This document shows, in pieces, positions 51,431-61,902 of a stretch of 64,000 bases of DNA. Source of the stretch: Gordius albopunctatus (lineage: Eukaryota); contig OZ193909.1 of NCBI GenBank assembly GCA_964276515.1, positions 558,001-622,000 of the forward strand, given 5' to 3'. Positions within the stretch are counted from its first letter, which is position 1; the number at the start of each line of letters is the position of its first letter. The notes under the pieces were generated by a model. The model was given only the letters and a program-made list of their open reading frames with translations, was not told the DNA's origin and ran no database searches. The position numbers and the translations under genes are program-made.

Positions 51431-51869
51431 ATCCTTCTCCCAAAACTCTCCATTCACATATACAACATTTAGCAAACTTAGTTTAATCATTATCTTGCAC
51501 GTAATAAGGCCTGACTCTTCTGTGAATAATTTTTCTTAGGTTTGTTGAACACAGATAATCTATAATTATGCGATAATTAGATGATATATCAATTTTAAAT
51601 GTTTATTAATCTCGACATAATTTTTGTTATTTTTTATTAAATTGGTCTTCATGTTTTCTAATCTCTTTATATTCTTAATTTTGCTATCTTATATAGACTA
51701 GAAATTTAACCCTACCTTATTAAAGGCATAAAACGCAAAGTAAAAACTCATGTTAACAAAAAGACTTTTTCATGGGGTAAGCCCAAAGTCTAATAAATTA
51801 AAACACAATTGGGTATAATATAATTTCCCTTGAGATAAAGAACTCAACAGTTATTTTTCATGTATGAAT

Positions 51870-52450
51870 AGTGGCAGCTTATGTAGATTTATCCCAAACA
51901 ATACCGATCGATATTTTACAGAAGTGCTTAAGGCAAAAGAAACCGAACACAAGTGTGTTTATACACAAAAATTTTTAAAGACTAGAGGTTTTAATAAAAC
52001 TTAAAAACTTAGATTATAAAAAATTAACGATTCATTCTACAGCATTAGCTTTAATGGAAAATCCAAGTTGGAACAAATTCTTGGTGTCTAAATAGAAGGT
52101 CCTAACTAGCTTATTGTATGACAAAAAAATCGATTGGAATACTATAACAGTGCTCTATAGCTAAAAATATTTAAGCTTTCGGAAACAATAGAAAAAATAT
52201 CTAGTTTGTAGATGAGCTTCTATAAAAGAGCTAGCAGGGAATATAAACAAAGGGACGAAGTAAGACAGTTAGAAACTTACTTTATAAAGCTAAGATGATG
52301 TGGTCACTGAGAGACGAGATCATGTTTATGTAAGAGAGAAAATCCAACGGACAAATTTTATCATAAATAATAGAGAGGAAAAAATATCACAAAGCATGAT
52401 ACAAAACTTAGATGCATAAAAAGATGCGATTCCATAATTGGAGTAAATGA
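51870..52450 (+). mobile_element. Old RTE-like LINE 3' remnant
   Basis: Decayed VLYS and KLR*CGH..RRD..YV motifs recognisable against the RTE at 39678-42761; boundaries approximate. Confidence 0.4.
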
Positions 52451-52921
52451 CCGTTTTAACACCAAATCCATTAAATTTTTTTCCCTAAATTTAAAGGGGA
52501 AGACAGTGACACCTCCATGGCTTTACTATAGTAGGAGTGGCTACATGGTAATAATTATACAAAAAATCCGATGTACATAAGATTTTGTTACAATTTTAGT
52601 AAGAAAATGTGGTCAATATAGTCGCAGTAAAATAAAAATATAGGATTTGTTATAATGTGTTAATACTTATTCAACAGAGTTCTCTATCAGGCCGCTAGAT
52701 TTGAAATTGCTTACATTTGAGATGAAATTAAAACTATATTTTCCCCATTAGCAAGTGATTTTGACCTGAGATTGTATTTAATGTTATTTTAGATTAAAAA
52801 TAAAAGTAAGTCAAATGCGTACTCATAAAATTGTTCACTAACATCCCCACATTTCTAAAGTTTTATTAGTCTATGTCTAAAACATACGTGCCTATGTAGT
52901 CAACTGCTAGTAGTCTTATAA

Positions 52922-54821
52922 ATGTCTAAAAATAAACTAGATAATTGTCAAAAATTGTTAACAAAATTAGACTCGCAGCTCCAGGACAAAAAATACTATG
53001 AAGCTCATCAACTATATAAAATAATTTATTTTCGGTAATTTATGTTGTATATAGAATGTATATATTTAGATATATAACACAACTCAAATATGCTGAGGCA
53101 ATCAATCTTTTAACTGATGGTGCCATTAAACTTATTGATAATGGGGAAGTATGAATTATATACTTTTACTATATCTTTTAGATTCAAAGTGGCTATGATC
53201 TTGGAATGTTATTCTTAGATATGTTGAAGAAAAAATATGTTCAATTGTCCCTAGAAATAATAAGTAAATTAAATTAAAATAGATAACCGTTTAAAAGATA
53301 GAATTGTTTTGATATTTAAATCTCTGCCCCATGGCACTTTAGAAAGGACACAATTTCAATGCACATCACTTGATATTATAAGGCAATTAAGTCAAAATGA
53401 TCTCCTTTTTGAGCTTCATTCAAAATTTGGGCAAGTATTATGGGATGGTAAGAATTTCTATTTTAATTAGCCATAGTGCTGAAAATCAACAATATTTATA
53501 GAAAAAGACTACCCTCAAGCTAGGTATCATTATATTCGATCAGGAGATGGTGAGGGTTGTGCAACTATGCTAGTAGAGTATTCAACAACTCATGGTTATC
53601 CAAGTGAAACTGATTTATTCATTGCTCAAGCTGTTTTTCAGTAAATTTACATAAATCATCTTTACAATGAATTTTTGAGATATTTCCTTTTCTTTGTACA
53701 TTTAAAAAAAACAATAAACGTTTGTAATTTTTATAGATATCTATGCCTTCAAAACCAATCTACGGCTTCTATTGCTTTTAATTGTTATGTAAAAAGACAC
53801 CCAAATGTGGAAAAAGGTGATCCTCCATTTCCACTTCCCTTACTCAATTTTCTGTGTTTTCTTCTCCTTGCCATTCAAAAGTAAATAGCAATTATTAAAA
53901 AGTTTAAATAAGTTATAATTAGATAAACTTCTTTAATCCTGATTTGAAAATTTATTGCTAGCGCTTAGTGAAAAAATAGGATTTGTCAAAAAATATTATT
54001 TAGTTATTATTTGAAGTAATTTAAAGCTATTTTTTTAAAAATTGCAAAAGGAAGATTTCTTTTACATACAAATATTTGGTTCTTTTATTGTTTTTTTTTG
54101 AGAAATTTAGACAAAACTAATTGTGCAACGTATTAAATGAGTACCTAAATTTATTTATTTCAAATTAAACCTCTTAATTATTCATAAAATAAATAAATTT
54201 TTATTGGCCTTAAAGTTTAGTTATATTTGTATATAAAGGCAGCAAATTATAGTTCTATATAAATGCTGATTGTTTTTAACAAATAATAAAGTGACACAAT
54301 AATTTTATAATTAATCTACATAGACAGAAAAATAATAATGTTTTAGATATTAATTTTATATATGAATATAGCAAAGCTAAATTGGCTGTTTTTGCAATAC
54401 TCTGTGAAAAATATGAAGCCTCACTGAAACGGGACCCAACCTTTTATATGGTAAAAGCGTTTATATTATACTACATCTACCAACAATTTGTAAAAAAAAT
54501 TATTTTATGTCTAGTATCTAGACCGTATCGGACAAATATTTTTTGGACTAACACCACAACGATCTTCTGATTCTATGGGAATTTTAGGTAAACTCAATAT
54601 ATTCGCCTTAACTTTTAGAGCAAGTTTAACATCAGCCATCAATTTTAATGTGACGTTGTATCATATATTACTAAATAATATAGCAAATATTAAAAAAACA
54701 TTGTTGCTTTATACATACAGATAATCTCTTGCAAACTTTTATGAACTTTCAACCACAGCAAACCAATGCAGAAAATAGACCAAACGATTTATCAGATTAC
54801 CTAGAGGAAGATGTGGAATGA
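52922..54821 (+). CDS. GET4: Golgi to ER traffic protein 4 (~319 aa)
   Basis: Exons 52922-53034, 53070-53148, 53182-53263, 53298-53447, 53502-53640, 53737-53880, 54372-54450, 54515-54587, 54721-54821. Motifs YYEAHQLYK..YFRY, SGYDL, ARYHY..SGDGEGCATMLVEY...GYPSETDLFIAQAVFQYLCL, PLLNF, LCEKYEASLKRDP, YLDRIGQIFFG. Confidence 0.95.
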
Positions 54822-54998
54822 GCAGACGATATTTTGACGCAAACTCAGTCGTTTTACCTCGCACGTGTACAATTATATTCAAAATGATTGTGATGTAATG
54901 TGTAAATTTTGTTTTATTTGCTTGCTTGGAATCGAATACAATACTACTAAGACCAACAAAGATTTTTTTAAAAGTATTTTATATTCAAATGGGTTTAT

Positions 54999-55130
54999 TA
55001 GTGTTTCGATCTCGTGTTTGTCTCCAAAGAAAAATCTCGTCTCGGGGTGGAATTATGAAAATATCGATCTCGTCTCGGTTTGGAAAACTTTCGGACTCGT
55101 ATTGACGAGAAATCTCGACTTTTATAAAAA
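54999..55130. repeat. gtctcg-repeat MITE-like family
   Basis: tagtgtttcgatctcg start plus tctcgtctcg repeats, repeated at ~55753-55835 and ~57790-57846. Confidence 0.55.
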
Positions 55131-55394
55131 AAAATTTAGACAAATCAAAATGGCGCACCATTTTTTTATTCATAAACTTGTACAAACGTGTCATTTGCAT
55201 ATTAAAGCCAGCTGGAACCCTTAGCATTGGCAAAAATAAATAATGTTTTTAGATAAATAATTCAAGAAATTAGTTGTTGCCTTTTGAAATAACCTTCTTT
55301 TTGTCCTAAAAATTTTATTCCAAATTTATTATGTTATAGAAACCTATAAGGTACGAGTGGATACTTTTATCAATATTCACAACATAAGCAATTA

Positions 55395-55690
55395 GTTGTT
55401 TTTTTGAATTGACATGCTTTATTCAAAAAAGTATTAAATATATAGTGGAATTAATAAAAAGATACAAGAACGAAAAAATTTATAAAAAGATGATTAAAAC
55501 ACATCATTCGTTTCTTCATCTTCGTTTAGAATGGGCATTGAATCCATCGAAGAATAGTGTCTTAGTAAAAAAACTATTCGATATTTTTAAAGGAGGCGAG
55601 CGTTTATTGGGTTCTTTAAAAAAATTTAATGCGCTCTTCCCAAACGTCCCTGAGCAAGACGAGACGACGATAGGAATAAATTTCAAAAAA
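55395..55690 (-). mobile_element. Short CRE-like 3' fragment
   Basis: Frameshifted FIPIVV..CSGTFGKSALNF..KE..KRSP..KISNSF similar to the 50983-51453 ORF; AATAAA and short A-run at ~55423-55399. Confidence 0.55.
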
Positions 55691-55872
55691 TAAAAAGAAA
55701 ATTTTTGATGGGGCCGGGCGGAGTTCTTTAAAAATTTTTGAAAGGGTTTTGACTAGTGTTTCGATCTCGACCTTGTCTCGGTCTCGAATACAAAATCTCG
55801 TCTCGGTCTAGTAAAATCTCTTCTCGACTTTAAAAAAAATATATACGGAATTTTCTCCTGTTTTATTAAAAA

Positions 55873-57037
55873 CTAGATGAACCCGGCAAACGTTGTTTTG
55901 CCATTTACCCGGGTCTATTAAATTATGTTGGAATTTTAGGGCATACATGATGATAAAGCGGTTATTGAAGTAAAAATAAAGTTTGATAATTTTCAAATAA
56001 ATAGTTAAAGAGGGTCCAAGGCCCAGACCCACCCAAGAGATAAAACCTGGCCCCATGCCCCCCCCCAAAGGGAAAAATCTTTGGCCCCCTGGCTCTTCAG
56101 GCAATTTTTTATATTTTTTTGTAATTAAGAAACAATATCATAATTATTTGTTTCTGAATAAAACTTTTAATTCTGAACTTAATAATGTCCGAAGAACTGA
56201 GATATATCAACATTTATTGGCACTTTGTTAAAAGTATTTTCATTTTTCTCCTTATTTAACGTGCATAAAATGACAAAATTAGATTTTTTAATTTATTTAG
56301 CCACGCAGGAGGGGACACGACCGTCCTATAATAATAATAATTGACGTTAAAAATAAGCAAAAAATGACCTTGATTCATGGGCGTACCCCTTCCCCCCCCC
56401 CCCCCCCTAATTAGTCAGAGGAGGGCGGCTACCCCCTGCGGGTCTCAGGAAAAATTTAGGAATTTAGTAGTCCAAGACCTTTTTTTTGTTCTCATGAAAA
56501 TATTTGGATAGTCGAGAAAATATTTTTTTAAATCTGCCCCCCCCCCTAATTCAAAACCTGCTTATTATACAATAATACCATTATTTTATTTTTCTAGTTA
56601 GCTGATTTATCTGAAATACAATTTTCTTTAATATAATATAGATAATTTATCGAAGGATGGATAGTTATTAAAAATATGCTTCCATGATCGACCACGAGAT
56701 AATAATTTAAATATTATTTATTTAATTTAAATAAAACCCCAATAATTTTCACTGAATGCTGTAACATTTTTATTATACTTTTAAATATCTAATGCGAGAA
56801 AACTTCAGCCTTGTATGTATGACGTCATTATTGTATATGATGCTATAAATGAAACTGGCCGGGAAATGTCCGATATTTTTAAAACGAAAATGTATTTTAG
56901 GAATCTGAAAAAGCTATTTTACCCCTGGCCGCCCTGGGAACCTACGGGTAAAGTTTCGAGCGAATTGGGCCGGTAGTTTCAGAATTTAGCCCTTACATAC
57001 ATACACACATACATAGACTTTACTTTATATATAAAGA
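55873..57037 (-). mobile_element. Non-autonomous Helitron (chimeric 3' end) with internal MITE pieces
   Basis: 5' A|TCTTTATATATAAAGTAAAGTCTATGTATG matches the 31605 copy; 56561-56940 matches 47280-47660; different 3' end GGCAAAACAACGTTTGCCGGGTTCATCTAG|T. Confidence 0.7.
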
Positions 57038-58437
57038 TAGATATTAAGTAAGTGTAAAAAAATCCAAATCGCAAACTTTTATATTTTTGGAAAAACTTTA
57101 ATACACAGACTTTTTAAAAATTTAGCAGGACAACTGTGTCTGTTAACTAAATAGGCTTAGAAAATTATAAGATCGCTTATATATGACTTAGTTGCATAAT
57201 TGAGCAAATTGAGACCCTTTATTAACCCTGGCTAAAACTTAAAAGTAGACGTCAAACGTTTAAGTCCATTGATATTACCATCATCAATTATAGCCCATAG
57301 TGTTTATTGCATCTTTACTATTGCGTTTTAAACCACAAAGTTAGAGTGACTTTTAATGATAATATTGTTATTTTCAGAATTGTTAACTAGTTGCATATAT
57401 TAAAACGTTGTAAAAACATCAATAAAAGCAGCATTATTCTAAAATTAAGAACCTATAAGGTTTTAAACTTTTAATTAAAGTGCGCATGCTTTAATAATAT
57501 TCTATTCCATCAGAACTCATTCTAAGACTAAAATTTTGTAATATTTAATAATGTTATTGATACAAATATGTGATTATGATAATATAAAATTATTCACATA
57601 CCATAAGGGTCAATCATACTTAGGTAAATGATTGCCAAATTTAAAGTTTTTTGCAAAAATATATAATATTTACTACACTTAGGAATTATATCAAATATAC
57701 TCCATATATATTGATTACATTTAATACCTTAAATGTGAATCATGCAAATAAAAATACACAATAATTTCCTAAAATCTAACGATCAATAAAAAGTCGAGAT
57801 CTCACCGAAAATATCTCGTCTCGACAGCAAAATTCTCGTCTCGACTTCATTGTTCCAACTATTTGTTGTAATTCATATGAAATTATTTGAACATTTTTTC
57901 CCGTATAAACACCAGACTGCCCCAGGAAATAGATATCATTCTTCATAATATTAATACTTTTATCATTAATCATATTTGTCCAAAATTTTCTGCTAAAACC
58001 CATCAGAGTTTTATAACTAAATTGCCTGCCAAAACCCTTTAATTGCCCAATTCACTAATTTTAGATAGTTGAGACCTTTTTTTTGCTCTCAGGAAATTTT
58101 TTTTTGAATCTGCCCCCCCCCCCTAATTCAAAACCTGGCTACGCCCATGTTTAATATCGAGTTGAGTTTGTTTAGATCATATTTTATAAAAGATTAGTTT
58201 GCCATGTCAATTCGGGGCGGGCCCAATAGTTTTATTAAATTCTGCCTGACCCCGGCCCGATGCTCTAGCTATATGTAAGCATATTCCTCCTACTAACACA
58301 CTCATACTCAACTCACACAGTCTATTATTTTAAGCATAATCCATCATCATCAAAGCCTTTATAAAATTTCATATTTACAACTACTAGTCTATATAGTAGT
58401 AGAAGGATATAATAAGACTGTATTTTTTATATATAAC

Positions 58438-58554
58438 CATGAGCGTAGCCAGGGTTGGAACTAGAGGGGCAAAATAATAAATTTTAGTCACAATTTTTGG
58501 ATTTAGAGGGGGGGGGCAGCCGCCCGTTCCTGCCTTCCCTCTGGCTAGCCCATA
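58438..58554. mobile_element. hAT-type MITE, catgggcgtagcc family
   Basis: TIRs catgagcgtagccag / ctggctagcccata; 8-bp TSD tatataac / gatataac. Confidence 0.75.
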
Positions 58555-59263
58555 GATATAACCCTAGAGAGTGAGGAAAAATCTCAATCATGAGCAGACT
58601 TGTGGTTGTGGGGTATAGAAAACCCCTCTCTAAAAATGATCATAACTCTAACACAAAGGAATGCATAACAATTTTTAAATATAGTTTTATTAAAGCCTCT
58701 GATAGTTTTGTGAAAAATCGAAATGCTAGTTTAATTTTTGATAGTTTTTTATCGAAAGATAGTTTGAAAAATATATACTGCATTGACAATAAAAATATTA
58801 GTATTTGCAACACAAATTGTCTAAGAGCACTATTAGAAATTTTTGAGGGATGTCAGCATTTATTAAGTTTTTCATAAAAAGTTAGTTGGCAGCATATTAA
58901 TTGCTTAAATCTTTCAATCGGATTAAATTAGGCCCAAAATCCTATCAAGCTAGGGTGGCCCGTGCAAACTGTGGCACTAGTTAAATCATCTTTGATTTCA
59001 TATAGATTCTCAATTACAAAGTTTACATTAATCCACTGCAAGATTACAACCTCTGTCAGCACTGGTTCAAATGGAATTGCAATTTATTTTATATCAATAA
59101 AGACATTCCTTAGGCAATATACTTGATGATTTAGAAGTTGTAATAAATGATGAGATAAAATAATTTCATTAAACAAGAAGCCTGATAATAATTTTTATTT
59201 TGTAAATTTATTAATATGAGAATTAATAAAATAATATATAAACAAAGGTAATATATCAAAAAG

Positions 59264-60048
59264 TTATGTATATAATGAGCCAAGCAATATTGAACATTTG
59301 TTTGATGGGTGTATATACAAAGGATATTTGGTATAATAGTTAATAATTTGTAAAATATCATCAAACATATAATTACCAATGTAATACTTTTTTGCTGTTG
59401 TTTTGGTGATAGGAAAGTGATATACTTGTTTATCATACATGACAGATAACACTATACTGTTCTTCTATATCAAAATAAGCAATATATCAAAACTTGTAAA
59501 AATAATTTTAATCTATTAAATGAAAAGAAATATACCCTGGAATGACTTGGGCGAATAATAAATTCCCCATTCAGGTATTTTTGGCCAAGTAAAATTTCTG
59601 CCTCCTTTTTTGTAATATAATCTAATAAAATTAATAATTATAATTAATTATCATACTTTTGAGCAAATTGGGTGTTTTAACAGCCTAAAGAAGTTATATA
59701 GCAAGCAATTGAAGTAATTACTTTTTGCTTCTTAGTGAAAAAAGGTATAAAATTTTCATATGAAATACTCTTTTGTATTAGACTAAGGGAAGGCAAGTTT
59801 TCGTAAAATACTGAACTCTGCCTTTTATTATAAACCTTATTTAATTTATAATTGTTTAGTAAAATATTTACTTTGCAACCAGGTTCAATTAAAATACCAG
59901 CCACTTTACAATAATCCTTTTGCTGTCTTACGTCATTAGGCTTCCTTTTAAGTCTGCATAGATATAAGTTGTTGATTTAATACCTTAAGTTTATTTCTTT
60001 AACGTCTATATATTTTTGCGCATTAATTTCGCCGTACCATTTGGCCAT
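59264..60048 (-). CDS. Small SH2-domain protein (~191 aa) with single C-terminal SH2
   Basis: Exons 60048-59984, 59953-59872, 59835-59722, 59684-59657, 59621-59536, 59464-59264 (introns 30, 36, 37, 35, 71 nt). SH2 motifs ITKKEAEILL...GEFIIRPS...IVLSV...VYHFPI...YYIGNYMFDDILQIINYYTKYPLY. SH2 exons are more certain than the 5' exons. Confidence 0.8.
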
Positions 60049-60589
60049 AAAACATATGGTTTTATCGAAATATCATATGTTAAGGTTCAAGGAATATGAG
60101 GCCAAATAAAAAATTAGCTTTACTATTTTCCATCTTAATTGATATAATTTCAAAGTTTAAAAGTGTCTGAAGATAGATAACAAGTAGGAGGTTCAAGGTT
60201 AATTAACTTGTATTACTCTCTTCGAAAAGCTACTTAAGTGCCGATGTAACTCTAGAAATACGATGTCAAATATTTATGTGAGAGCCTTAGAAAATACGTA
60301 TACGGTATATAACTTTTATTGGTGCTTACGATTAGAACTTAAAAGGTTGAGTTAATATCAGGGTTCATTTAAGAGGGAAAGCTTATAGTATGTCCACTTC
60401 CCCTTTTATCTGGTAAAAAGTTCAAATGATTTCTTAGTCTTTAGAAAATATATATAAACAAATAATTTTACTACCACTTCTTGTCTCAAAATTTTTGAAT
60501 ATTTTATCTGTCCTTCCCTGAAAATCTCTTCTTTTTTCTTTTCCTGTTTATTTCATTAACTTCCGAGCAGGTGCCATTTTAATTGATAA

Positions 60590-61246
60590 TTTGTGGCTAC
60601 AAAGAATCTGGTTGACTAAGCAGCACTATAAATAATATGCTATTTTCAAGGATATGACATGAGGAAAAAGTTAGGCAGTTTCGTGAATAAATGAAAAATT
60701 GAAATAGAAAAAGGGTCTTGTGTGGATGTTAAATCTGTTGAAAATTTGAAAAGATATTATTAATAGTGAATTACAACTTGCAAGCGTAAATTTTATTAAT
60801 ATATAAAGTCAAATGTTCAAGCACTTGGTGTCATTGATATTGAAACCTAAGATAATTGATTGCTGGGTGGCTTAAATTGAGAGAATAAATAGGATTTAAT
60901 GAGGCAAAATGATCTAAACAAGATCTGAAAGGTAGACTGGATATATATGTTTTGGCTATCCAACAGTGCTTAGAAACATGGATATATATAAAAGTAAAGG
61001 GAAATATTTAGAGTTAAATGAAAACGCTAAAATTGATAATAGGGCTAAATTGAACAAAACCGGACATATTTGATGGTAAAGTAGTAATCAAGTCAGGGGA
61101 AACGTACGAATGAAAAGAAAACTAAGCAGATTCTTGCGATAGAAGACCAAATTTTGGAGCAGAATAAAGTGGAGATAGTGATAAACGCCATAATTAAGAT
61201 TAAAATGGCAGGCTGCCAGCCTTAGGTTCAACTGCCAACGAAGAAG
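60590..61246 (+). mobile_element. Old RTE-like LINE 3' remnant
   Basis: Decayed FKHL..., AGWLKLRE motifs and a short gaagaag tail; boundaries approximate. Confidence 0.4.
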
Positions 61247-61827
61247 TATAAAAAAGGTAACACTGCCCCTGCATTATCAATTAGAAAGCTTTGAAAATTT
61301 TAATTTTTTGTGAAGGTTTATCAAGGTGCGAAGGCGCAGACTCCCAGTATTAGCTATCTTTCAATATGTATGGTTTAGTGTATAATATATCTAATAAGTT
61401 TTCTCTCCCCTTATTTATGCTAGATGTGGATATATATATATATATATGTATTGTTCATAAATTTGAATTTTTACCATCGATTTTGTAGAAAAATATTTCA
61501 CATATCGTTCATTGCTAATTAACATTTAAAAGACCATAACATGTAGGCCACAAAAATATCTAAATATAGGAATATATGTTAAATAAAGTTTTTTAGTATT
61601 TATTTGTAATTTTTATGAGGTCGTTGAACGTCAACGGTAACGTTTATATATAGCCAATAACAAAATAGATTCGCTAAAGGAAATGTTTAACACTCACTAC
61701 TCAACTATTTTATACAAGTGAGTAAAAAATAAATTTGTTCTTTAAGGCAGTTAAGAATACACAGTCATTATTCCCAAAATACACATAGAATCGTAAATAC
61801 TACTAGATATGTATTTCAACATTTTTT

Positions 61828-61902
61828 GGGGCGTGGTGGCGTAGTGGCTATAGGTTTTGACTTTGAAGCACGAGGTTGCCGGTTCGGTACCACCTCTGGC
61901 AC
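61828..61902 (+). promoter_or_regulatory. tRNA-derived Pol III promoter-like head (not a functional tRNA)
   Basis: A-box TGGCGTAGTGG and B-box-like GGTTCGGTACC at tRNA spacing; acceptor and T stems do not pair well. Confidence 0.65.

Noticed and set aside
55409..55693. 94-aa + strand ORF
   Set aside because: Antisense to a decayed CRE-like fragment; TTG start, no recognisable motif.
61828..61902. Functional tRNA gene
   Set aside because: A and B boxes are present but acceptor, anticodon and T stems do not pair; treated as a tRNA-derived head.
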